A stretch of 64,000 nucleotides of DNA, from the NCBI GenBank assembly GCA_003427395.1, contig BFEA01000002.1:3967010-4031009 (forward strand). Direction: 5' to 3'. The translations under genes and the position numbers were made by a program. This DNA comes from Chara braunii (taxonomy: Eukaryota > Plantae > Charophyceae). Positions 34,601 through 47,700 of the stretch are shown here, piece after piece. Below the pieces are notes generated by a model that worked only from the letters and a program-made list of their open reading frames with translations, ran no database searches and was not told the origin of the DNA. Position 1 is the stretch's first letter. Each line of letters starts with the position of its first letter.

Positions 34601-37600
34601 GCTTTGTGAAAGTTGGCGAGTAACTCGATGTTTCGACACTGCGTGTGGATTGTTTGCCATGGTGAGTAATGGCAGTTGGGAAAGTGCCCTTCTTTGAAGG
34701 GATTGTCATGATAGGCGGTGATCGTCCTTGTAAGGAGAGCCACAAGAAGTGCCAGCGCTTCGTCGCTCGTGTCAAAAAGGAGTTCCTGATGATAAATCAC
34801 TGGGAGAGGTATGACAAGGGTGATTGAGTTTGATGATGTCTCTGTGAAGGGTGTCTATGCGCTGGAAGGGGGGTTCAAATGGACTCCAAAAGCCTGAACG
34901 ATGTCTACAGGGATGTAATATGTTTATGTATATATATTAGCCTTTTGACGAGTTGGTGAAAGTTCGACGAAACAGTTTGTCACAGCCCCGCGTTTGTTGT
35001 CCTCTTCTCCCTCTCTGCCTACGGTTTATCTGGCAGCTCGGTTTGACGATGCATTACATATATCACACATCAGTATATTGCTTTATTTACATTTATATAT
35101 TAGAACCGCAGTTGTATAGCATGGACACCCATAGGGATTCAGCAAAGATTTGTGCACTGTGATTCCACTCCAGGGTCGACTGCCACATTGCTTTAGCAAC
35201 ACACGTTAAAAGCGAATTCACATCGTTATAAGCTTAACATATGCATAGTCCAGATTTTGCACGTTAATGACTTCGGTTGAGTAGATTAAAGAGCAGGTAG
35301 AGATTTTGTAGAATAAAGCAGATAGCGACGATTGAAAAACCGGAAAGTACACAAGTAGTTTACAGCACATTACAGAGCACAGTAAAAAGTATGAGAGAGT
35401 AGAGGAAAACGGAGCGACGAAGTTTGGGCAGACAGAATAGAAGTATGTATGGTTGATGATGTAAGCAGTGGTGGAGTGAGGGTGAAAGAGGTCCTTGGGT
35501 CGTCCGAAATTTAACAGGAATGTCACAGTCGAAGATGAAAGTTGAAAACCGTGTGTGATTGTTGCATACATTTTGTGGCCCTTCAATCAAAAATAGTAAG
35601 GCAGAGCACAGTAATTCTTCAAAATATGATTTCGACTTGGCAAGAATTTGGGACTGGAGAAAGAAGAGACCACCAAAGACAGCTGCATTCAAACAACTGT
35701 TGCGCAGACAATTACACCAAAAAACCAGTCGAGAGGTGAAGTATGTGTTGACTTAGAGGAGAGAACCTACGAAGGGGTGACACCTGAACTAAATCTCAAT
35801 TAAAATTTCAATCACTGTTAATTTACGTCTCTTGTCCGTCTGTACATTGGTGCCTTTCAATCTCTCTCTCTCTCTCTGTGTCTGCCTCTTGCAGTGTGCG
35901 TGCGCGCACAAGTGGGTTGTGTCTGTGTATGTGTACCCATCTGGTGGTCACTGAAAGTCGATCATCTTGACGAGTTATACGACCTCATCAATAGTGTTTG
36001 CATTAGCGCATAGAGTATCAGGTATCCTGTGTGTATCTTCACACGAAAGCGCATCTTGTAGTGACTGTAGTGAATACAGTATGCGTCTATTCACAGTTGT
36101 CCCAGTCCGAAACACGAGTATTTGTGTCTGAATCATTATCATGGCCGTGTCGTGGTGTACGAAGAGGTGGAGTTTATTTTCATCATCCACAGCAGCTGGT
36201 GCCTGATCAGCCCTCTATATCGCTGTTGTTGCAGCCAGTGATGATGATATTTTCTTCATTTCTACAATGTGAATCATTGGTATTTGTTATCTCCCTTGAA
36301 TTCTTCTATCTGCTCCTTTGATTGTTCCTCTTCCCTTCTGTAATCTCCATCGTTGTGTATGTTGCCTGCTTAAACGATGGTAGTCGTTTCTTCTGTTTTT
36401 TTTTAAAACATCGTGTCGCTTACTTTAACTCTTCCAAGTCTTCAAGGAGATGTTTAACTTTGAGCTCGGAGTCTTCAAGTTCTCGACGGCGATAGTTAGC
36501 AAGCTTTGCCTCTCTATAAGCAATGTAATCCTGGTGGTCTTTCTCTTCTTTAGGCGCTGCATATCGTATGGAATCGGGATCTCGAGCGGTGTCCTTTCAC
36601 GAGGACAATATGAGCTGAAACTCCTTGTGTGCCTCCACGTGAACGAGTGTGTTCAATAACCACAAAACTTCGATGTATAATCAACCATGTTGAATGAAGT
36701 CGGAAGGAAACATGAAGACCATGCGTACAATTTGCTCAGTGCACATCCATCCTTGTTCGAAGCGGCAATTGCCCTCAGGCAACAACACACTGCTTAGTGC
36801 TCCTCGCCGCTGGCAAAGGAGGTCGAAACCCAGTGGAACCCCACTGGCGGCCTCTCATCGATTTGCTATTCCAGCTGATGTCGTGGTCAACAGCACTACG
36901 AGCAGAAAGTCGGTCCGAAAGAGCAACGAGGCAAGATGGCACATGGAACGAACTGACTGAATCTGAAGTTGTAGACAAAAGTACTGAAACCGATGGTAAT
37001 AGGCCTAAAAATTTAGTTAAGAATTCGACAATAGAAGACCAAGAGGTAAAGGTCAAGGAGCCGTAAGACAGTGATCCGACAGTAATCTTATGAGCTCAAT
37101 CGATCCCTAAACCCAATAACCATTTTGTGCACATCTGCAATGACAGATGGATAGGAGAGAGAAGATTCACACTAAGAGTGAAGAGAGAGATTGCAGAGAC
37201 GAAGCCATAGCCAAACATGGGTTTGAAAGAAATTGGTTTCCAATTAATTATCGAGTCCGCCCGTCTCTCGACACCACACTCGACTACAACCCGAAGATCT
37301 AGACCAGGAATCTAGTTTGCGACCCTCAATTCATGCCCAACGAAGCTTCAATGAAATTCTGTAGGACTTCCCCTTAACCTCCAGATTTCGGGTATGGCGT
37401 AGGACTACCATAGCGCCCAATCACCTTGTGTCTGTGAGTTGCAAGTGATTGTCTGGCATGTGCGAGATCTTGATCGGCAGCGGCTGTAATCTACTGTTTA
37501 GAAGAAGGAACTTTGATGACGGATAAGATGGTTGCCCTCGACAGGATACCTATGAATCAGCTAGCTGCTCAGTGAAGCAGCTGCTGTCCTCCAACGGTCA

Positions 37601-38061
37601 GGGCGCACCAGCTATCGTGATGATGGTGCGCAGCGCACTGAGAAACCCCCCGTCAGGCGCTTGCAGTCAAGGTGCCAGGCCGCACCAGCTATGGCTGCCC
37701 AGGGCGACACAACGGAGATGAAGGTTGGCGCTAATTTTTGTGCAGCTGTGCCCATAAAGTGCTCGTGCGTTGAATTCCCTGAAAAAAAAAAAAAGCTAGA
37801 AACATCGGGAAAGAGTTTGGGTGAAGCCTACTTCCATTCAGAGTCTAGACCAACAATAGGGCAAAACCGCAGCAGTGTACGACGTATCTGCACGTGGACA
37901 GGAAATACAGTGAAGGGGGATCCAAACCGATGAACAGAAGAAAAGAAACACCTACGGGCCTACCAGTTCCAAAATTGCGGAAAAGACAAAAACCTCGCCT
38001 ACACCTAGGCGAACTAAGCAAAGTCCCATTGGGAACAGGTTTTGGGACCAAGCCGCAGAGT

Positions 38062-38390
38062 CCATGAAAATTGTAGAACCAGCCGGTACAAAAAATGCAG
38101 TCGTTGAATTTTTAGCCCATGAAAATTGTAGAACCAGCCGGTACAAAAACTGCAATCGTTGACATTTTTTTGTCTGGCTAATGTACGGTAGCAGATGCAG
38201 ATTGGATCTTAGACAGAGGTAGAGTTTCGCCTGCAATTTGTCCAGTGGCTAATGTACGGTAGCAGATGCAGATTGGATCTAAGACAGCCGCTACAAAAAC
38301 CAGAGTACTACTTTGACAGGAAAATACCGGAGCAGATGCAGATTGGATCTTAGACAGAGGTAAGAGTTATCGCCTCCACTTTGTCCAGTA
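38062..38390 (+). repeat. Local duplications (ccatgaaaattgtagaaccagccggtacaaaaa x2; agcagatgcagattggatct x3)
   Basis: Directly visible. Confidence 0.7.
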
Positions 38391-41300
38391 GAAAGGCCTG
38401 TAAGGCAATTCAGGAGGGACGGCGACTTCACGTGTAAAAGGAAAGTCTAGGGCAGGCAGTGCACATGGTAGAGTTAAAAAGTTTTGCAGATATTTAGAGA
38501 CATGTCTTTGAAAAAAAGCAGGCATTTAGGTAAATACGCATAAGGAAAAGTTGTAGTGACAATCACAGTACGCAGAAATCAGGGAAGTGGTAAGCGTCTG
38601 GTGGCTGACTGGTAAGTAGCTGCTTTTCATGTTTGGTGAAGGGTGACAGGGCACATAGAGAGACGAAACCCGGTAGAGTCAAAGCTGTTATTCGGTATTC
38701 GGATGAGCACTGCATCAAGGATGCAGGACCACCAGACATCAGAATGGTGCTAACTGTGGGCCGGAGGATTGAAAATGATCCGCCCCACAGATGGCTTGAT
38801 CCTGATGCCTAATTGTCCTGCACCCTTGGTGCAGTCCTCCACGCTTTTGCCAGAGGGGCATCGAGGAGGAAAAATTGTATCGACGAACTGATGTACAAAA
38901 GAGGAATACAAAATCGCAAATGCTGTTGTTGAACAGAAGTTACATAACTTTTTTTTTTTTTTTTTTTGAAAAAAAATTCCAAAGCAGGGAAAAAAAAGAA
39001 ATACTGTTTTTGTTACTCGGTAATCATCACATGAGTAATTGTTCTCACAAAAAAAACTATTGTACTGGTTATCAACAATGTAGAGGGTGGAAAAAAGGAT
39101 AGTTGTTTCCCACTAGGTACTCCTGTTGGGTTTCACCAGGTGTCCGCTTCCGTTCCCACCAGGGCTGGGGGGTTGCCCAGCCTTGGTGCTTTTCACAGCT
39201 GTCTGGTCCAAGTTGCCCTCGATACTGGTAGGGTGATGGCCCTGAGTGCTGGTCGTGCTAAGATAGGATAGTAGGGACAGGGGTTGCACTGGGAGTGTTA
39301 ACGTGGGGATGGGTAGGGTAGGTAGATATCCACCAGGGCTGGGCAACCTATCAGCCCTGGTGCCTATCACTGCTGTTCGGTCCAAGTGACCTGCCCATTG
39401 GTAGGGTAATGGTCCTGAGTGCTGGTCACACTGAGGTAAGATAGTAGGGATAAGGGGATCGATGGGAGTATTGAAGTGGGGAAGGGTAGGGAATGTGCCC
39501 TGTCCTGTGAGGGCAATCATTCGCAGCTGCTTCCCGCGATCACCGTGGGTGGCCTCTAGAACACCCTGGGGTTTGGGTCTTGCAAGAGCATGTCCGCACT
39601 CGCTTTATCCCTTGGAAAGGACTTGGTGATGAGGAGTGAGGCCACAAAAGCATTGGAAAGGGGGAGCGCTGCAGAGTATGCTATGCTTACCAGCGTAGGG
39701 CATCTCTGATCTTCACCCCGTCTGGCTCCTTTCATCCCTCGGACACAAATTCCTCCAACTAGGATCTTGCAGTGATCCCTCCAATCTCCAGGGTTAGTGC
39801 TTCATCTGCGTTAGTGCTCCCTCGGATGTGCACCATGCCACGCGATTGTGCAAACGAGCGTGGCTTCCCCGAATGTGCGGTTGGCGTGTGGCTGCGTGCA
39901 ACTAGGTGCGGACGTTCCTGACTGTGCACGTTGTCCCGCGGTGGTGCACAATTGCATGCCGGCTTACCCCGGCTGTGTACGTTGGTGTGCAACCGCACTT
40001 GGGCTACCTCTGGCTGTGTGCGAGCGTGCCCACACTGTGTGCACCTGTGATAGCGCGTGTGTACATATGTTTGAGCACATGTGTGCACACGTGTGAGTTT
40101 GTGTGCTCGTGTGTGCGTGTGTGTACGCGTGCTCCGTATGTGAGTCTATGCCCGTGTGCGCTGCGCTGTGTGCGCATGTGAGCGTCTCCCTTAGAAGCAC
40201 GCGGGCGCACGTAATTGCACGATGGTGCTCAAGACTCACCTTTTTTCAGTTGCGATTGTGCGCATGCTTTCCTGCCTCTTGCGGTTCGGCTCACACCTCA
40301 CTTGATCCGACCGCCCGTGCTCACTCCACTACACTTGACCTTGTCCCTACGCACGCAAAGTACTCTTTCCCCGACACGTGCGTGACTTCTCCTCTCCTCT
40401 TGACCTTGAGCGTACGAAGGTTAGCGCACCTTGCGCGGCCAAGTGTCCTAAAGACGAGCCTAGTTGGACTCTTAAAATTTGTTGGGCCCTCTGTTGGAGA
40501 GCTCCAGAGCTTCAACACTCCGCTACCACCAACAAGTTCGGTTGTGCACTCGGGAGACTTGCAGCGCTTTGGTATCGAGGCATTGGCCGGTCGTAGTCCC
40601 GAGCCTGTTTCGGTCCCGAAAGGTCACGTGAGAGACTAAGTGGGCCAACTTGTCGGGAAATAAGGCGGCCTTGGTACCACACCTTTTTTTCTCGAGCCTA
40701 ATTCGAAGTTCCCGCGCAATTTGAAGTTTCGGGCCGAGAAGCTCAAGTTCTCGATCAATCCCTCGACACTTTCTTTCAACCTGCAGGCTGACGCCACTTG
40801 GGCACCGGCACCCTTTCTGTTTTTCCAATATAGGACATCGTCACCCTTTTTGTTTTTCCAATATAGGACACAAGGCACAAAGAATCCTTCTTTCAGAGCC
40901 TTGGCCCAACGGTGGAGTGTGTTTGTCACTTTCTCATCTCATTTTTCGTCCGTCGTCGTCAATCGTCTTTTTTTCGTGAAGATCTTCTTGACCTTGACAA
41001 GAGTACCGAGAAACTTTGTTGACTTTGTGTCGGCCATAGTCCCAAACGGAGCCCACCATCTCGCATTCCTTGATCTAGCACTGTTCAACGTGGCCCTGTC
41101 AGCTTCGCTCACAAGGAAAGATCATGGCTGAATTCATTTGTCGTACCAGGTTCGGTCCTTGCCGTTGGACTTTGTCAAGGAAACAAAGGGCGGCGTAAGG
41201 CTGGAGCAGCCCGATAGCAGACCACCCCCATTCTTGACGTCCTAGGCGAGCCATGTCAGAATTGATCAATACGAAAAAAAATTCGGCAAATCGATTCCTA

Positions 41301-41779
41301 ATCTTTACAGGATCAACCCGTCCTTACCGTTATCTTCTCTGTCGAGTCCTCTTCTGTTGGCTTTTCCTCTTTTTTTTTTTTTTTTTTTTTTTTTCCTTTA
41401 TCGAGTTCTGTATAACTCCTAGTGGACTTTTAGTTTTATGGTGTTGTCTGTGGTAACGGCCACTTGTTTTGGTTGAAGATACTTTTTCTAATGCTCTCCT
41501 TAGCCTTTCCTTTTGTCTCTTTCCTTAGCTTAACAAACTTCATAATCTTTCCTTCCCATTTTCTTTTGAATTTTTTTCTGACGATCCCTCATGCCTAAGA
41601 CGTTCTCTTCTTTGTCCTTTCTAAGTTTTTTAGAACTCTCCCCTTTTTCATAAGTCAAGGGTCCCGATGGTTTTAAATACACTGATGATTTTTCCTCAAC
41701 TTGTACCTTTCCTTTTGCTTTCGTCAAATTCCTACGGGGATCAGATATCTTTCCTTTTCGCTTTCTAAGAACTCTTAGA

Positions 41780-44700
41780 CGGGTGTTGAACACCGGTTCC
41801 TTTCATTTGGCTCCATTTAGTTCCTCAATAATTTAGGTTCATCCTTCGAACCTTTTCACCATGCGGTAAGGCCCCATCCATCGATTTGCCGAATTTGCGG
41901 TTCACGTTCTTTATAAGCGAGTTCTTATCCATCTTTCTTTGTTTTTTTTTTTTGTTTTTTTTATGATGTTCAAAGTGTTTTCCTCTAGTGTATCTGCAAT
42001 CTATTTAATTTTAGTCTCCAACAATTGTTCTCGAGTCGGCACGGCGTTCTTATTGACTCCCGTTCATGAATCTGTATGAACGTCTATAGGTAGGGGACTG
42101 TGTTTGCGGAACCATAAGGTATAAGGAGGATGACTAATAATCGTTCGAACGACAATATTATGTGGCAATGCGCAAACTGCAGATTTTAAATTCCCTGGCC
42201 AGACTTTTTTTTTTCCCTACGCACCACTTTGTTAGCACGTTCACTAAAGATTGATGCCCTTTCAACCAGAGCGTTCGTCTGTGGATGATACACCGTAGAA
42301 AAAGATACTCTTATTCCTGCTATTTGGGGAAAGGTATGAACTTCTCTAGCCATAAATGTAGATCCTTTGTTCATGACAAGTTTTCCAGTGTATTTATACC
42401 GGGAGAAGTATTCTAACAGGAAATCGTTGATAGCGTTCGAGCTTCTGCGAATCGCGTCAAGTCGTCCCTGATGTGTATCTATATAATTCATTTCACCTTT
42501 TCCGTTAGGCATTTTGACGAAGTTTATATTAACTTTTTGTCCTATTGTCGTAGGACAAGAGGGAAACAACCGTTTTTTTTGTACTTTAGCACCGCTCTCA
42601 ACTGACATTCCACACACGTTTGACAGTAGAGTTTTACATCACTATACAACTTGTCCCACCAATACAAGTTTCTAACCTTCTCGAAAGTTCCTTTCATTTC
42701 CCTATGTCCTTTAACAATCCCATTATGAAGCTCTTCGACTGTGTCTTTTCGCTCCTTCTCAACATATACTACCCTCATTGACATTCAATTCTTAGGCGGT
42801 CTCTTAAAGAGGTAGCTCGCTTTGAGACAGTATTGTTGTGCCTCTTTCCTAAGCCTATCATCAACCTCAGCCTCTCCTATGAGATATAATCCTATTTAAA
42901 GGTACTTCTTGGTGTAGAGGTTTCTTTGAAACGTAACGACACCATTGATGCTAGGTTCCATTTTAATGGTTTCTATTTTTATTTATAAGAACTCGTCGAC
43001 CTCACTAGGGGATCCGATGTTCAAAGTAGGGCACTCCTAGGACCTGACCTCCCTCGTTGAACTCTATCTTTTAGGGTTCTGACCATGTTTTCTTGATCGC
43101 GTGTCCAATTTTATTCCACCCTGTTTCTGAACAATTTTCTCAAACGCTCCGCTTTCTCGGCATATCCTTTTATAAAGTTATTCCCATACCCTACCACTCC
43201 TAGAAATCGAAGTGTGTCAGTAGCACTATTTAAAGGAGTTTGCCAGTTCATTGACTTCTTTAATTTTGTCAAATCTGATTGTCTTTCTTTCTTACCGCAA
43301 ATATAGCCTAATATCTTTAATAGTGGGGACAAACTATCTACTTTTACTGCCGCTTACTGTAATATTCGTGTCGTCTAGTTTTACTAATGCTCTTTTTATG
43401 TCTTCTGCATGATCCACCGTAAATATTTTTACACCCGTACTTCGGTTTCTTTTTTTTTCGTATTGCCTTTGAATAGGTTTGATATAGATTCACCTAACAC
43501 AACGCCCATGACCCTTTGGAAAATCGTTATACCATTGGTCCATTACATAGGTACTACATCATCTAGATTAAACCCAAAGGTGTGTGCATCGCAATTAGTT
43601 CCGGGTTTGGAATGGATCACACATTTCTAACCGTGACTTTATTAGTTTTTTGAAGGTCTTTTATCCGTCATAGCTTCCTATTCAAGTTTCTCATGAAGAA
43701 CCATCGGTTAGTGTACTCACTTCACTACGTTTTATTACAAACGTAAATTTTCTCCTTTAAGAATTTTACTACCATTTCTTTTTCTCTCATACACTTCCAC
43801 CCAACGTCGTTTCATGGAACATGAGGCACAATATAGATTTTTCCTAGTTTAACGTATCGCGAGTCTATTCGCCCTCTTTCCGCATCGTAGAAAGCTACAA
43901 CTTTATCACATGCCTTCAACGCCTTTGCTATTAAGTTTTCCTCCCTCTCCATTATATTTTTATCACCTATATCAATCTATTTTAATCTTTCATCACTAAT
44001 CTTTTGGCCATCGGTATATTTTCATCCCCTATGTCCATCCCTTCTAATCTCTGTATTATATTTTCATCACCCTATGTCCATCCCTTTCTTCCCCTAATCA
44101 TGTGAGATATTTCCTCCTCAATGTGTTCTATTTCTCTTGTCGTGTCAGGGTTGACAGCACCAAGTTTGACCTTACGAGCTACAATTTTGTGTTTCTCATC
44201 CTCGATGTATGGGGGGACTCCCTCTACAAAAGATAGACTTATGCATCCTCTAAATTCTTCATCACCTCCTTCGCTAGGGAAGGCAACACTGTCCACCACA
44301 TACTTATTTTCAAAATCCTTGACGTCTATTTTTTTACCTTTAAATTTGTGAGGCTATAGGGTGACCCTTATTCGAGAGGCAAAACCTTGTGACGCTTGTT
44401 GAATTCGTCTACGGTCTTAAGGGTAACTCTATTCCTTTCCGTCCCATCTTTGGTCATTGTCCGACTTCCATCACGTCGATTTTCGGTGGTGACGTTTACG
44501 TGTGTCAGCCACGTCCCCCCTAGGATCCATTCGGAGGAATGCTGCAATGTAAAAACAGGTACAGGAACCTCGAGATCGACTATCTTAACTTTGGCTTTAT
44601 GACACACACCTAGCTCCGGTTATCCCAGCATATTGGCCGACACCATAAGTCATAGCCACACTTTTATCAATTTTCAATCCGAGTTTTTTTACCACCTTAT

Positions 44701-47700
44701 CCTCGTAGACAGTAGACTCCGACCCATCATCCGTTATAACTTCTATTTCGATCCCATTTATCGTAACTGTTAGTTTTTCAATACCAAGGACATAAAAATA
44801 ACTATTATCCTTAATACTTTTTTCAATACTATTTTCTTTTTTTCCCATAAGTCGTTATTGTTTAGACTTTCACTACTGGATTCCAGACGATTGTTGATTC
44901 ACCAGTCGATATAACCACTGACACTCGCATCTTGTCTTTTTTATCATCCCCATTAACTCGTCCTTAGTTGGTGCACACCCGACTATGAACTTCTTAGGAG
45001 TGATAGAAATAGGTATCTCCATCTTCCCTTAAGTCCACGTCATCAAACAAGCTCTTCAAATGAAATTTCTTAGGCCCTCTCTTCCCAAGTGATAAGGGCG
45101 ATTTGAGTCTCTACCTGTTCGTTTATCGTTTGTTGGTCAGTGTCATGTGTCATCCTTCTTCCCTTGACTCGACTCACCAGAGACCTAGTGAGCACAAATA
45201 AGCGCTATATATAGTCCACCACATCCTCAAATTGAATACATGAAACTGTGACCCTCATACTTTCTGGTCTGTCTTCAACTTCGTCTTCAAACTTGACTTT
45301 GGAGGCCTTCGTGGAGGGGGGCGCTTGCTTCCTTTTAGCCTCATTTATCCTTTTCCTCCGAATATCAACATTTATTTTTATTGATGAAAGAAATTGTTTT
45401 TGTTTTCCTTCATCTGCCCGTATCACATACTTCCTTTCATCCAACTTTAGTGATTCATTCCTTCAACACATTCAACATCGCTTGACAATCTTTTTTTCTG
45501 TAATCCTCATCACCGTAATACATACAAGCTTTGTCATTCCATGTTTGCTTAGGACGAGGATCTCATTTTTTCCTCGCCTCCTGTCATGGAGTACGCTTTG
45601 TTGATAGTTCTTTCGAGGGGTACTGTTCTTCATCCGCTCCATCTCGACTTTTAATTTATCGATTTCCTTTCCCATCTCTTTTTTACGTCTCTCTGGTTTC
45701 CTCGCCTCTACATCGCCGCTGGATTTCCAACGACTAGCTTGTGTGTTTGACCACTTAAAAGATGACTCATCACCCCTCTTCCAGTCTTCTCGATTGTCTC
45801 TCCTCCGTTGTCCTTCACTTCTATTGGGCTCGCTTCGTTTAGGAAATCCCAAGTCCTTATCTTCTATTTTGATCTTCCTTTCGTCTACTAAGGCTTTTCC
45901 ACCTCCTCTTCCTGAGGACACTTTCTTTCCAAGGTTATCCAAAACTTTCATTATGTAGGACCTAATATGACCCTTCCGTTTCGTGAGCTAAGACTTTTAC
46001 ATGCGCAAAGGTAAACTTTTTAGTGAGAATCTCTCTTACGACCATTTCACACTTCTCACACGGTAAAGTGCCAAAAAATATTCCACATCTCTCATCTCCC
46101 CTATAAATCTCCTTTTTATCAAAGGGGTTGACGGTTTCTCATATCTTCTTGCGAACGCTATCAAACTTTCATTCTTTTTTTTCTTCATTTCTCACAGGTC
46201 TTGTACTGAGTAGGACACATCTTCATAGACAAACGCTTGAGAAACTGTTTCGTTTATAAAGCTCCTTTAATTGATGAACTTCCCAGTCATCTAAATTTCA
46301 GTCACGTTCTAGCCAGTGAAGACCACATGAGTTCCCATAAAGGAGAGGGTTTATATACGATAGGTCCATAAAGAGGACACCAATATGAACCCGGAGTATA
46401 CGCCATCAAATAAGGATTCCTTCTATTCGACTCTGAACGTGCTTCTCTCCAAGCCTCCCTAGTGATAGGTTTGCTGAACTTCGTACTTCTCGATCTTGCG
46501 AAGTTTTTTTTTCTACATGTTTCTCCACGACCTCCCCGGTTCTCGAGTTCCTTTGCTCGATTTTCGAGTTCCCTCAAGGTCTTTCTGAACTTTTTCGCAT
46601 CGCTCAAGGATTCCACACCCATTTGTCTCTCCTGTCTGTTGGTCCTAGATTTTTGTGTCCTAATGTCTCTTCCTATTGACGGTAAGTAACTTCCTTCAAT
46701 ATCCTTTGTCCATGTTAATTTCAATCTTCAGACGCTCTATGTAACTCTAGAGTAATCCTTTCGAGGAAACCTTATAAACTCTCAAGTAACGCTTCAAAAT
46801 CGGTCTCTTCACCCTCGTTTTTAACAACCGAGGTCGTACACGAAAATTTCTTAGGAAAATGCGGGTTAGCTTCCAACGTTCTCAGAGAGACTCCGTCCAC
46901 CACGATCTTAGAGAGTTGCCTGAATTATTTCGTCTGTTCCCTCAGGTTAGTTTTCGCTTCTCTCAACGTTTCTCTCAAGGAACGGTTCACTATCTCTGCT
47001 CCAAGTACAGTCGTAAGAATCTCTATCTTGACTAAGTGAATCTCATCTGCTGCCAAGCAAATCTCATATTTCGTCGCTTGTTCTATTGTCCGTCTTGCAC
47101 ACTCCACTTCTTTAACTTGTTTCAATCTTGCTTTGTGTATGAGTTGAACCCTAACACGCACAAACGAGCCTTCTAACTTTTTCTTGATGATAAATTGATA
47201 CTTCTGGTTACTTGAATCAACGGTAGCTATTTTTCTTATTTGTCATCCTTCAGCTCCTTATGACTTCGTTCCCTTATTTTTGCGAAAAACTCGTTTCTCC
47301 ATTTCATTATCCTTTCTCTCTCTTCTTTGTAAAGGCTCATTAGTTTTTCTACTCTCCTTTCCAACGCAAGAAGCCTCACCTCATATATGGAAAACCACCA
47401 TTCCTGGTATTCATTCACGAACTCTCTCACCTTGCGTTTATAGGCATCTTAATTAGCTCTCCCACCTTGTAAAATTTTCCATCCCTTGCTTCTGCACGTG
47501 TGCTCTCGCGTGTAGGACTGCTTCTTCCTTTTCCATTTCCCAGCTCATCCATCATAGGTTATTTTGTTTTCGCCTACTACTAGTTTTAACACTCGAGGCC
47601 GCTCATGTTTTATGGTTTCTTTCGCCAATCGTCGACAACCATGAATATCCAAGTTTCACGTTGACCTTTTTCGAATTATAGATTTTACATTTCGATCAAG

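Noticed and set aside
39113-41460. LTR of the adjacent gypsy element, or a protein-coding gene
   Set aside because: No matching second LTR near 50400-51900 beyond a 12-bp match (tacaggatcaac). The ORFs derive from a ~175-bp duplication and GT/CA-rich low-complexity sequence.
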